Shown piece after piece: positions 1 to 13,468 of a DNA stretch of 64,000 nt; the stretch's first letter is position 1, and every line of letters begins with the position of its first letter. A program made the position numbers and the translations under genes. Location of the stretch: the NCBI GenBank assembly GCA_951406725.2, contig OX597816.1:109244001-109308000 (forward strand), read 5' to 3'. The DNA is from Octopus vulgaris (lineage: Eukaryota). The notes under the pieces are model-generated. The model was not told where the DNA came from. It made no database searches and saw nothing but the letters and a program-made list of their open reading frames with translations.

Positions 1-773
1 CACCCCTCCTATACCTTTTTCCGTACCAATCCCTTAATGCCATTCCAACATATCACCCCACCTCACACACCCCACCCATATGCATTACTTACATTATTAA
101 CTCTTCCTACCCCTCCCGTGCTCCCCTCCCATTCCCCTCATAATCTTGACCACCAACTAGCACTCCTTTTTTCGCATTTTTTCCTTTTCTTACACTTTTT
201 TCACTTTCTCTTCTTGTTTCCATTTCCTCATCCTCTTTCTTTCCTTCTCCTTTTCCCACCTCTTCCTTTGACCTATCTCTTCATTTTAGCATACATATAT
301 CTTCCTCTCTCTCTTTCCACTTAATACTACCACTACATTCTCAAATTTTCATTCACACCACAAAACCCCTTTGAATGAACAGCACATAGAATATTCGTCT
401 CTACACTTTCCATTTGTGATGACGAAATATGAACTCCTATTGGAATTTACATACCGCGCACAAGAAACATTTCTACCACTTCTACACATAACTTTCCTTA
501 GATAATCGAACTACAACTATAATATTTTAATATATTTTAATCTTTTATTTCTACATTCATTGTCCTATTTCCCTATATACTCCTTATTTGCTTCATTTTC
601 CTAAATAACTCTTTATAATGAACTCTAATATTTCCCTCTATTTAACCATCTTACATCGTCTCTGATGAAAGGATATCCTTAATATGCCAGAAACAGCTGT
701 AAGACTAACTTTTTTTTTATAAATGTCCTGAAAATTCCACACAACTTTGGCTTTGTTGTCTCGATTTATCTAA
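1..773 (+). mobile_element. Probable Penelope-like element terminal (pLTR) region, truncated by the window edge
   Basis: Pyrimidine-rich tract, then AT-rich sequence containing a minimal hammerhead, ending at a (CA)n repeat; no coding remnant recognised. Confidence 0.4.
658..705 (+). ncRNA. Minimal type I hammerhead ribozyme motif, Penelope-like element (PLE) pLTR type
   Basis: Stem I GTCT(658-661)/AGAC(702-705); core CTGATGA 662-668; stem II GGATAT..ATAT(G)CC; GAAA 690-693; palindromic stem III CAGCTG; GUA cleavage triplet 699-701. Confidence 0.7.
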
Positions 774-2369
774 CACACACACACATATATATCTATCCAT
801 CTATCTAGCTACACACATAGTTACATATCTACCCATTGAGTCTACGCCGATATATACATAAATATAATACACACACACATACACACACATATGGATACGG
901 TGGTTGTCTACTCTTCATGGAGAGTCTGACAGGCTCTTGTACTTAGATCCATCTTAGATCCATCATGGTGTCTGATGTGACTTTTAAACCAGACATTGTA
1001 TTGAAAAGACACCCCCCACACTTATATATATACACACATATATATATGTATATGTGTATACGCATGTGTGCGATGTGTGTGTGCATGTGTGCGATGTGTG
1101 AGTGTATGTGTGCGATGTCTATGTGTGTGTGCGCGCATACATTGAAAATTATATCCACAGCTTAATGCAAAATGAACTCTAGGAAGGTGTGTAGCTAAAT
1201 CGCCAGTCTAAACGTGGAGACTAGTGGCAGTAAAGAATGGTGATAGATAAAACTGGTTCATTAAGCAAAAATACTTAACGGTAATTACTGTCCTTGATAT
1301 ACATCCCTTTAATCCCAGTACAATGCTACTTTTCGTCGTTGAAGAGACATAAAACTACGTGACAGAGAATATCGAGTTTAATTCCAGAGTGAAAGAACGC
1401 CTTTAGTTCAAACGACGGTCTCTATAACTAGTTCAATTCCGGCGAGTCAACGAAGAATCTTTTTGGTGAGTTAGAAATGGTGTAGATCCACTAGAAATAG
1501 CAGCCTATTTTCGCTTAAATCTTCCATTATCGACTTAAATTACAAAAAGAGATACGTTAAATACCGTAGACTCTGGTATACCTTTGATTATAGAGCTTTT
1601 CAGTCAGGATTAACCTGAGGTTAAACCATAAAAAAACACAACAACTTTTTCTTCGAAGTATTTTAATCAAAGTTAAATTCGCTCGAGATATATTTTTCTT
1701 TTCCACCTGACGCACCAAAACAAAAGTAAAATGTAAATTATCATCTATTCATTTTACATTTTTCACTAGTTTGTCTGTAGCTAGTGGCTGTATCCACATC
1801 TATTATAGGAACGTTTAGACTGGAAGATTTCAGTATCTGAAGTTAGTGTTAATGTTTTAGCTAAGTGGATGAAAAGGTTTTTAATTTGCTGAATATTATT
1901 AAAAAAAAAAAAGATTGTTAGATCAAGTATGTGGTGTAAAAATCAAAATGTTAGTATGTAACTAATATTATGTATAACATTGGCTGATACGAGAGATAGC
2001 TTGAGACGTTTAATACTAGTGTTAGATAGTCAGCAGAAGTATAATCTGCTGAAAAGTTGATTTATAGAATTGTGTATTTGTTGTTGAAGAGAGGATGGAA
2101 GAAAGAGAAGGAAGGTGGTAAAAATGATGAACGGGAGACACAAAAAAAGTTTTGAAAGGAGAAAGATTGAAAAAGAAGAGAATGAGGGGTGTTGTTAAAA
2201 TATGAAATAGCAAGAATGGGAGATAACTCAGGACGTTTTACCTCCATTTAGACTCGTCAGCGGAAGCGTACACATGCTGTGCCTGTTAATAATCAAATCA
2301 ATAAGCAAATATATAGAATTTGTGTTTGTCAAAAAAGAGGTCAGAAGCGATAGAGATAGAGAGATATGG

Positions 2370-2427
<58 letters not shown>

Positions 2428-2939
2428 GGGGATGGAGCAAGAGAGGTAAAGAGAGTGTGGGAGAAATAAAGGTGGATGAGTTGTTTAAAAATGAAATAAA
2501 TTTGGTGCCATCTGAGCGAGATGTATTCATTATAAGACTTTAGAACATTATATGTATTCAGTCATTAATATTATATTTTTAATCAGTATTTATCAGTTAA
2601 AATATTAATTGATCTGTTGCAATTTGCAGATCAATCTCGCCCCAAGCAATAAAAACAACCAACAAAAAGAGGATACCAGGGAGATGCAGTTTTGTTTATA
2701 AAAGATTTTACAACGTATTTAATGCTAGATCCGGTGAATTAGATAAGCAATATGGAAAGAAGAATTATGAGTGGAGATTATTAACACTTTTAACGCTCAC
2801 CGATGAAGATCGGTTTTGATTTCGTAATAGAAATCACAAATGTTAAAGTTTTCATAGGTATATTAAAACCAACATTCATAATTTAATGTAATAATCTTTC
2901 TTTGAATTACATTCCAAACACTAGCTTGATAATTGTTTC

Positions 2940-3340
2940 TAATTTAGGGCCAGCAATTTTGAAGGAAGGGATTTAGTTGATACCGTAGCTGGTACTTTAT
3001 CTAATCGACTCCAAATGGGTGAAAGGTAAAAGTGAACTCGGCGGGATTTGTACATAGAATGTAAAGAGTCAGAACAAACACCATAAGGTATTTTCTTTGA
3101 TGCTCTAACGGTTCCGCCAGCTTACCATTTTTACATCCTTTCTGTCATAACCAAAAGGCCTGAGATTATGGCATAAGGGGCTAGTCGATTATAGTGACCC
3201 CAGTGTTCAACTGGAATTTATTTCATCAACCCTGAAAAGATGAAAGGCAAAGTCAACCTCGGAAGAATTTGAACACAGAACGTAATGACAGCTAAGCATT
3301 TTGTCCGGCATACTAGCGATTCTGCTAGCTCACCACCATC
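2940..3340 (-). mobile_element. Two adjacent degenerate copies of SINE family B
   Basis: Repeated family motifs GAAAGG(C/T)AAAGT..ACCTCGG..GAATTTGAAC..AGAAC and GCCAGCT..CC. Confidence 0.65.
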
Positions 3341-3518
3341 CACCAGCTTTATAATAAAAATGTTATGTTTTCTAGTTTGTTCTAAATACCTAACTATTTT
3401 AAAACATTGATTAAAACACGGATAATGTATTTCATTAAAATATCATCAAGGAAGTTCTAAGTAGATATAATGCTTAGTAAGTTTAGCTTAATAATATAGT
3501 ACTATATATTGCTGGAAA

Positions 3519-3751
3519 AGGCGGCGAGCTGGCAGAAACGTTAGCACGACGGGCGAAATGCCGTTGCCGTATTTCGTCTGTCGTTACGTTCCGAGTTCAA
3601 ATTCCGCCGAAGTCGACTTTGCCTTTCATCCTTTCGGGGTCGATAAATTAAGTACCAATTACACACTGGGGTTGATGCAATCGATTTAATCCGTTTGTCT
3701 GTCCTTGTTTGTCCCCTCTGTGTTTAGCCCCTTGTGGGTAGTAAAGAAATA
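3519..3751 (+). mobile_element. tRNA-derived SINE, family B, full length
   Basis: Head AGGCGGCGAGCTGGCAGAAACGTTAG, B-box GAGTTCAAATTCC, tail GTAAAGAAATA; flanking direct repeat ATAGTACTATATATTG at 3496-3511 and 3755-3770; many copies in the window. Confidence 0.85.
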
Positions 3752-4151
3752 AACATAGTACTATATATTGTGCTATACAGTGCATGCGCATTTTGTTATG
3801 GGTTAGTGGTTGTTTAGCTCTATGAAGTTTTGGGCTATGAAAATGAAATTAAGCCTGTGTGATGTGATTTTCACTATACACAAAACACGGTATGATTAAC
3901 AACGGTTAACTGAAATATCATTGTATGTATTGAGAGGATTATGATTTTATATGTTTAATAGTATATCCGTGTCGTCAAATGCCATATTTTTATTATTTAT
4001 AGAGAATATTCTTGCTGTAATGGAATGTAAAGAATTAAGAATAGTATTTCAACTAAAATAATCAACGATGACATTGTTTATAAATTTCATGATATAAATC
4101 TGGAGCATAAGAAGGACAACATATATAACTATTCACAAACCCCCACAAACA

Positions 4152-4271
<120 letters not shown>

Positions 4272-5475
4272 ATACACATGTATCATTTGTAATTCGTCCG
4301 TTTGTAGATATCTGAGTAAGTGAAGTTTTCATGTAATTCTTCTTTCAGTATACGAACAGTTTACGAAGATTATGAAATAAGTGCATGATTATAAATTTTT
4401 ATATGGTTTTCTTTTGAAACACAAATCGTGTCACCAATTTAGTATATGAAATGACTTTTACCAACTCTATTATGATATCTCTAAGAAGGAAGTCATGTCT
4501 GAGAAATTTAATTTTACGTATATTTACTAAAAGACTTCCATATAATACAAATGTTTCTGTACTTGAAGCTTATTTGATATAATAAAATATTATGTTTCCT
4601 GTCTAGAAACGTGTTCTTATCATATTTAATTATTATTGAATACTCGTGAATATTAAGACAGAATCAGTTTTCGTATAATATGAAACAAGTCACAGAATTA
4701 AATATGTTTTCGTGCATATAGCGTAGGTCTCCAATAAAGCTTGAAAACAAAATCTTTAATATATAAACATATTCAGTAACACGCAATTGATTTTCATATG
4801 TCCGACTGTTACGAAACCACCCAGAAGCAGCTTTTGGATAGACATCAGCATGATATTGATTCCACAATTGTATAAGTACATGGCGTGTCATTCGTCTGAA
4901 TAAATACAGTTGTACAGATTACAATTCTTTTAGATCTTAACATTCCTACTTGGAGACTTATTTCTTCTATTTCAAAAATGATATTAAAATTATCTTTTAC
5001 AAAATATTAATATTACTGAAACGAGCAAAAGAAGAATAAATGAAAAATGCTATAAGTTCGCGCAGGTATAGAAGTTGCTTTCACAATTTGCTGTTAATCA
5101 AATTATTTTGCTCTATTATCACAAAGGAAATAGCATATACATTATGAACCAATGAGCGGCTCTCTACGTGGTCATTGATCACTCGGTTATAAAATACCGG
5201 ACATACTTGCCTCTAAAAACGCTCCCGTATTGTTTTAAATAAAGAGAGGATACACTATATAATGTAATCTAAGATATACCTAAAATCTCTGACTATAACA
5301 AGAATGCCTTCAGTCATAAAGTGGTCTATGAGAGTTGACAGGGGCTAAATAACCACAATAAAAACATGGTTGCAACAACAACAAATACGATAACCTCATT
5401 GGCAACAACAAAGTTAACAACATGTATTGCTAGGACAAGCCATCTTTCAGTGCACTGTCCATTTAACAAATGGTT

Positions 5476-5538
<63 letters not shown>

Positions 5539-5850
5539 GTGAAGGCGCATGGCTTAGTTGCTAGGGATATTCGGCTCGCGATAGTAAAGTCTTGAGTTCG
5601 ATTCCATGCAGCACTTTGTGTCGTTGAGCAAGGCGCTTTATTTCATGTTGCTCCAGTCCACTCAACTGGCAGAAATGAATTGTACATGTAATCCAAAGGG
5701 TCAGCCTTGTCACATTCTGTGTTACGCTGAATCTCCCTGAGAATTACGTTAAGGGCACGCGTGTCTGTGGAGTGCTCAGCCACTGGCACGTTAATTTCAC
5801 GTGCAGGCTCTTTCGTTGATCGGATCGTCGTCGCAACCGATGGTGTGCTG
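5539..5850 (+). mobile_element. tRNA-derived SINE with CORE-like central segment, between (CTA)n repeats
   Basis: A-box-like TGGCTTAGTTG, B-box GAGTTCGATTCC, then GTCGTTGAGCAAGGCGCTTTA; a 3' fragment recurs near 62130-62200. Confidence 0.7.
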
Positions 5851-5860
5851 GCCCTGTCTG

Positions 5861-5906
<46 letters not shown>

Positions 5907-5933
5907 GTACTGCTGCTGCTGCTGCTGCTGCTG

Positions 5934-5994
<61 letters not shown>
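5861..5994. repeat. (CTA)n/(CTG)n compound microsatellite
   Basis: Directly visible; explains the poly-S and poly-T ORFs. Confidence 0.95.
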
Positions 5995-6072
5995 ATGCTT
6001 CTAAGGCGGTAAGGTGTGATTCGAGAGATATTTGGCAGCTGTTAGTAGCAAGTTGAGCCATAACGTAACGGT

Positions 6073-6470
6073 TACTCTTTACTCTTTTACTTGTTTCAGT
6101 CATTTGACTGCGGCCATGCTGGAGCACCGCCTTTAGTCGAGCAAATCGACCCCGGGACTTATTCTTTGTAAGCCCAGTACTTATTATATCGGTCTCTTTT
6201 GCCGAACCGCTAAGTGACGGGGACGTAAACACCACAGCATCGGTTGTCAAGCAATGCTAGGGGGACAAACACAGACACACAGACACACACACACATACCT
6301 ATATATACATATATACGACAGGCTTCTTTCAGTTTCCGTCTACCAAATCCACTCACAAGGCATTGGTCGGCCCAGGGCTATAGCAGAAGACACTTGGCCA
6401 AGATGCCACGCAGTGGGACTGAACCCGGAACCATGTGGTTGGTTAGCAAGCTACTTACCACACAGCCATT
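6073..6470 (-). mobile_element. tRNA-derived SINE, family A, with internal (CA)/(TA) repeat
   Basis: Minus-strand head TGGCTGTGTGGTAAG...GGGTTCAGTCCC, then CORE-like CTTGGCCAAGTGTCTT; tail GAAACAAGTAAAAGAGTAAAGAG; copies at 26781, 27702, 33836, 35803. Confidence 0.85.
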
Positions 6471-6984
6471 CCGTCGTTGTCTAGATTATTTGTTCTTTGT
6501 CCTCACTTAGATATATTTTACCCGCATTTTCTGTTATCAATAGCCAAGATCTAAAGACATCTGTACGTGACATTTAGAGTTTTGCAAGACGATTATAGTA
6601 AATTCTTTGATAAACTTAATAACAATCTCTAAATGGCGATCGTAATCATCATAGCTGTTCTGTTCTGTTCAGTGTTCTTATCAGGAAATATGAATTACGT
6701 GTGCTTGTCTTTGGCAGAAACAAGTAATAAAACGAAACCGAAGGTAACATCTGTTATAATTGTGAAAATATTGTTTCTACCTTTTAATAATTATAGTTGT
6801 TCTCCAATTCGATCTAATTTTATTATTCCCGTCCAGGGGCTAATAGTAGTTATTTCAGTACACTACAACATTTATATTAGATATTCATATTACCAATGGG
6901 TAGAACGTTTAATATTGGCAATATTAATAACGTTGCGACAATACCAGTAGCAGTACCAGCAAAGAACAATTTACAACAACAGCA

Positions 6985-7055
<71 letters not shown>

Positions 7056-7575
7056 GATGAGGACGACGGCGGCGGCGACGACGACGACGACGCCAACAAC
7101 AACAACAGTACTGTATGCTTACGATTGGAAGTTATTTAATTATAGGTGTCGCTCAGATTTGACTTGAGGCTTAATAACAATAACAACATCTTCACGACGA
7201 CGACGACGACGACGAGCACCATGACCACCATCACGACCTCCATCACCACTACCATCACCATCACTACTACCATCACCATCACCACTCCCACCATCAACAA
7301 CTTAACACTAAGCTGGCACTATTACATTGTTATTTCACTATGAATGAACAGATTAATCTTTTGCGACGTCTGTCTCTTTGTAGACTTGATTTGACTATAA
7401 AATATATTTCTTACAATTGGCAGAAAGCCACAAATCGGTAGAGGAGTATTAGTTATAAGTCAATTGCATTGATCTCAGTCAACAAGAGATTCACAACGTA
7501 ATCACTGGGGCAAATGGTTGAAATAAAAACCAAATCTCCCTCAAAGAACGCACTACCTTCTTAAAAGTGGAAGGA

Positions 7576-8191
7576 TACAAGGGAGTGCTTAAAAGTTCAT
7601 GGCTTTAAGGGTATCGTGAATGGTCTGTCTCGAGGGACCCAACCTCCCGAGTTCTTTTACAGGGCTTAGAAAAACTGAAAGACCGCTGCAAATAAGTGTG
7701 TAAGTCTGAGAGGGGAATATGTTGAATAAAATCATAATTAACTGACCATCCTATATTTTCTTTTATCTTATTTCCTTATTGCCCACAAGGGGCTAAACAT
7801 AGAGGGGACAAACAAGGACAGACAAACGGATTAAGTCGATTATATCGACCCCAGTGCGTAACTGATACTTAATTTATCGACCCCGGAAGGAAGAAAGACA
7901 AAGTCGACCTTGGCGGAATTTGATCTCAGAACGTAACGGCAGACGAAATACCCATTTCTTTATTACCCACAAGGGGCTAAACACAGAAGGGGACAACAAG
8001 AACAGACAAAGGGACTAAGTCGATTATATCGACCCCAGTGCGTAACTGGTACTTAATTTATCGATCCCTAAAGGATGAAAGGCAAAGTCGACCTTGGCGG
8101 AATTTGAACTCAGAACGTAATGGCAGACGAAATACCGCTAGGTATTTTGCCCGGCGAGCTAATGCCTGGCACTTTTCAGCACACCCTCGTA
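7576..8191 (+). mobile_element. Non-autonomous mariner (Tc1/mariner) element interrupted by a SINE dimer
   Basis: TA-flanked imperfect TIRs TACAAGGGAGTGCTTAAAAGT / ACTTTTCAGCACACCCTCGTA; remnant of a mariner C-terminus (GLEKLKDRC..KCVSLRGEYVE*) near 7660-7730. Confidence 0.75.
7768..8162 (-). mobile_element. SINE family B tandem dimer
   Basis: Two ~185-bp units joined at 7951/7952. Confidence 0.85.
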
Positions 8192-8748
8192 CATTAGACC
8201 AGACCGTATGAGACATGGCTCATCATAAAGCGGGTTGTACTACTTAAAGTAGTAAAGGCAAATTTTCGTTGGGCATGTCATTCAGAAAGAGAGATCATAT
8301 GAAACTTTCCAAGAAGATCTGATACCTATTGCTATTATTGTGTAGCCACCCAAGGTCAGTCCTGATCGAAGCATTCTAAGTGTGACCATAACATCTCATT
8401 TTCAGATGTATGTTTAGGACTGTAAAATCCATTGTGACCTTCCTCAAGTCCACCTCAAAATCGACAAACAAAAACAAAACGGCAATTTGTTACTTGTATT
8501 ACGTTGAGCGACCATATAGAGCAGCTTTGGACAATGTATAATACATGTATGAGCAATAACATACCACATGTATTTAAGGGACACACGAGGAATAGCCATG
8601 ACTGATGTAAAAAGTAGACCTTTTAAGCTTTTACAAGTTATCTGCAAGCATTTACTAAAATATATTCCAATAACAGGATTATTATTAATGAAATTCAAAT
8701 TCAGGCACATTGGACCAATAGAGTCTGCCATCACTGATGCTGACGTTT

Positions 8749-8848
<100 letters not shown>

Positions 8849-9971
8849 AGGTAATTATTTTAAAATATTCTTGCAAATAGGTGATTAAAAACACTGCAGA
8901 AAAAACAAGTAGTCAAATTATCGTCTATAATATCAAGTAATTCAAATGTTTTAGTAAAATGACAAATTACAGCATAGAGCAGATTTGGCTCTTAAAACCA
9001 ACTGATGACCCTAACAGATACGTTGCAATTTTTATATCTGCTTCATCAGCATTACGTCAAGGTAACTGAGGTGTATACTCAAGCTGACGAGGTTTAACGA
9101 TATCGGAACTGTTCAATTGCTGTCAGCAGTTGGCTTTACATACATCCATTCTTAACTGCAGTATTATACATACACACATACATAATACATACATATATAC
9201 ATGCATTGTATATATATATATATACATACATACGCACACACACATACACATTCATATATATATATATATATATATGCAAAGTAATTGTGCTTATTTTCCA
9301 TTAACTTGGATTAAGTGATGGTAGATTATTTATCTTCCTTGTTTCAAAGTTTTAAAATAGTTTTTCGAAGATATTGTCTTCTGGTTGCAAACATAATCTC
9401 AGTTAACCGAAGTTTTATAAGTCATTTTGCTACATATGAGGGACTATCATGTGCGCATTTATGATATAGAACACCCCGCTCTAATATATATGTATGCATG
9501 TATATATGCGCGTGTGCGTGCGCGTGCGTGCTTGCGTGTGTGCGTGACTGTGTGTGTGTGTCTCTGTATGTATGTACGCATGCATGTATGTATGTGTGTA
9601 CTGATCCTGGATAGACTGCCAACTTATGACAACAGATTCTCCAGTGAGTGGTAGAAAACAGCACGTTCAATCAACGAATCAATAAATCATCAATTTTTTT
9701 CCAATATTGATTTCTGATATTAGTAATCATTTCCCCCCAGTATTGATATTGAATACATCCATGAATTATGCTACATACAACTTCCCTATCATATCACATC
9801 TTACTATTATAAATAAAGACTATCTTATTTGACAACGATACCACAGAGTTGAGATGGTCCTAAGTGGAACGACTATGTTCATGATTCTGCTCGATCAACG
9901 CTAATCTGCATTTAAAGAGCAATAATTTTAAGTTAAGTTGCTTGTTGATAATTCTTTCACAGACGGATATA

Positions 9972-10545
9972 TATTTCTTTATTACCTACAGAGGGCTAAA
10001 CATTGAGGGGACACACAAGAACAGACAAACGGATTAACTCGATTACATCGACCCCAGTGCGTAACTAGTACTTATTTAATCGACCCCGAAAGGATGAAAG
10101 GCAAAGTGAACCAAGAACGACAAAATACCTATTTCTTTACTATCTACAAGGGGCTAAACACAGAGAGGACAAACAAGGACAGACAAACGGATTAAGTCGA
10201 TTATATCGACCCCAGTGCGTAACTGGTACTTATCTAATCAACCCCTAAAGGATGAAAGGCAAAGTCGACCTCGGCGGAATTTGAACTCAGAGCGTAGCGG
10301 CAGATGAAATACCTATTTCTTTATTACCCACAAGGGGCTAAACATAGAGGGGACAAACAAGGGCAGACATAGGTATTAAGTCGATTATATCGACCCCAGT
10401 GCGTAACTGGTACTTAATTTATCGACCCCGAAAGGATGAAAGGCAAAGTCGACCTCGGCGGAATTTGAACTCAGAACGTAACGGCAGACGAAATACCGCT
10501 ACGCTTTTCGCCCGGCGTGCTAACGATTCTGCCAGCTCGCCGCCC
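9972..10545 (-). mobile_element. SINE family B tandem trimer
   Basis: One full head (ending ~10545) plus two extra 3' units; junctions at 10128/10129 and 10312/10313. Confidence 0.85.
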
Positions 10546-11212
10546 TAGCGATTGCTTTTTAAATGAATGACTATATCACTTTAATGGCAATAACCAAGTG
10601 CATTCTTTGTGCTTCCCTTCAAACAGCCATACACAATACACTACTTGTATAACGTTAGTCAATTCCGCGCTTTATCATAACATTTTTTTTTTCTCACATG
10701 TTCCCCTCTTTCGATAAATGTCAGCAGGCAAAGGTGCAGCATGTTTCTAAGCACACACAGACGAAACACTTGATAAAGTCGAATCATTGACTACGGCTTA
10801 ACATTCTTCCGTACTAAATGAATGAGAAATATAAAACTCGTTAAGATTGGTTTTATTCTCAAGTCAAATTAGCTAAATAGATAATTCATCATCCTATCGT
10901 ATTGGAAATGTTTCGTTGTTTTTCGCCAAGAGCAAAGTTAGACTTGTTAAAGAAGCTACATGCCATATAAGTCCTCTGAGAAATACATAGCATACCTTGT
11001 ATCGTTTATCCATTTAACATTGGAGAAATCGGAGATTACCTTAACGAAAGGAACAAGTTAACTAATTCATAGCACACTCTAGCTGCCATTTTCAAAAAGT
11101 TGGGAGATGGTATACAATTTTCCTGTTCAAATCCTTCTTAAATAATATAAAATAAAAATAAAAATATCTAAAATGTATGGTACAATTTCCTATTATATGT
11201 GTATATCGTAAA

Positions 11213-12350
<1,138 letters not shown>

Positions 12351-12489
12351 CAACACACGCATATTTGCGTATGATTTTGTATCGAAACAGGGAACGGAAT
12401 ACGTAATGAAAATCTTAATTTATACGGATATATACACATATATAATCTCCTTCATACGTCCATAGCGTCTGTCTCTCTGTCTCTCTATG

Positions 12490-12552
<63 letters not shown>

Positions 12553-12947
12553 GTGTGTGTGTGTGCGTGTGCGCTTGTGTATGCATGCCAAAGAATGTAG
12601 CTATAGATTTTAAGCCAATCATGTGTGTGTGCAGATAAATGGTAACACCTTGTGTTTAGGTATATCATCTTCATGGATAGAAATGGAGGGATGGGAAAGA
12701 CTCTTTTTAATCCTGTGTTGAGATCAGCGTCTGAGTACCCTTCTTAACTATTCACAGACATACACTTTATCAAACCATGGGTTTGAAATGTTTAAATGTA
12801 TAATGCATTCTTAGCAGCTAGATTAGTTAATAAATTATTCGTGCACTTGTGTTTTGTTTCAATACCGTACTGTACAACATGATGTATCTATACCTTTTAA
12901 CCAACATTGTATATATTGTCAGATTTATCCACCTTGTCTGTATATAA

Positions 12948-13154
12948 AGTTAATACAAACAAGAAAGCACAAAAAAACACAACAACGCGAGGACGTGGAT
13001 CAAATATAGTATTATTGGACGCTCAGGAAAGAAGGAAAGGAGGAGGGTTTAACGTTTCGAGCGGAGCTCTTCGTCGGAAACATAGGAGAAGGAAAGATCC
13101 AGAGATGGGAAGACAGAGGAAAAAAATCGCCAACGGTACACACGAGGTCACATT
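12948..13154 (-). mobile_element. ~207-bp non-autonomous element with a hammerhead motif (PLE-associated mini-element)
   Basis: Flanked by 14-bp direct repeat TTGTCTGTATATAA (12934-12947, 13155-13168); contains a hammerhead motif on the minus strand. Confidence 0.75.
13047..13081 (-). ncRNA. Ultra-minimal type I hammerhead motif (U4C core variant)
   Basis: Minus strand GUUU-CCGACGA-A-GAGC-UCC-GCUC-GAAA-CG-UU-AAAC: stem I GUUU/AAAC, stem II GAGC/GCUC, palindromic stem III AACGUU. Confidence 0.6.
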
Positions 13155-13468
13155 TTGTCTGTATATAAGTCATTTTTGAGGATTTGTTGCAATCCAGTTT
13201 TGGGTTTCATCAGCGACTGAAAACTTTGTTTTAGCTTTCCACGGTGATATTTCTGATCAACTCACCGCTACTTGGGCTTACGTAAATTAGATTGATCATT
13301 GTTGTATATATAACGCATTCTTGGCTGCTAGTTTGGGTAATAATTTTCAAGGTATATGTGATCGTGTATTACATACAGCATTGGTTAAAATCAATGCACA
13401 TATATGTTGTGTACGTAAATAGACTGTTTATAGAGTGAGGGAAAATTCTGTATATGTATATATAGACA

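Noticed and set aside
9002-9049. CTGATGA...TCATCAG inverted motif resembling a hammerhead or SECIS
   Set aside because: No GAAA with a closing stem I, and no GA quartet partner for a SECIS
9972-10545. Regularly spaced repeats superficially like a CRISPR array
   Set aside because: Units are ~185-bp SINE multimers with no unique spacers, in eukaryotic DNA with no cas genes
13180-13216. Minus-strand CTGATGAAACCC...TTGCAAC hammerhead-like string
   Set aside because: Stem III, cleavage triplet and stem I cannot be formed; at best a decayed remnant
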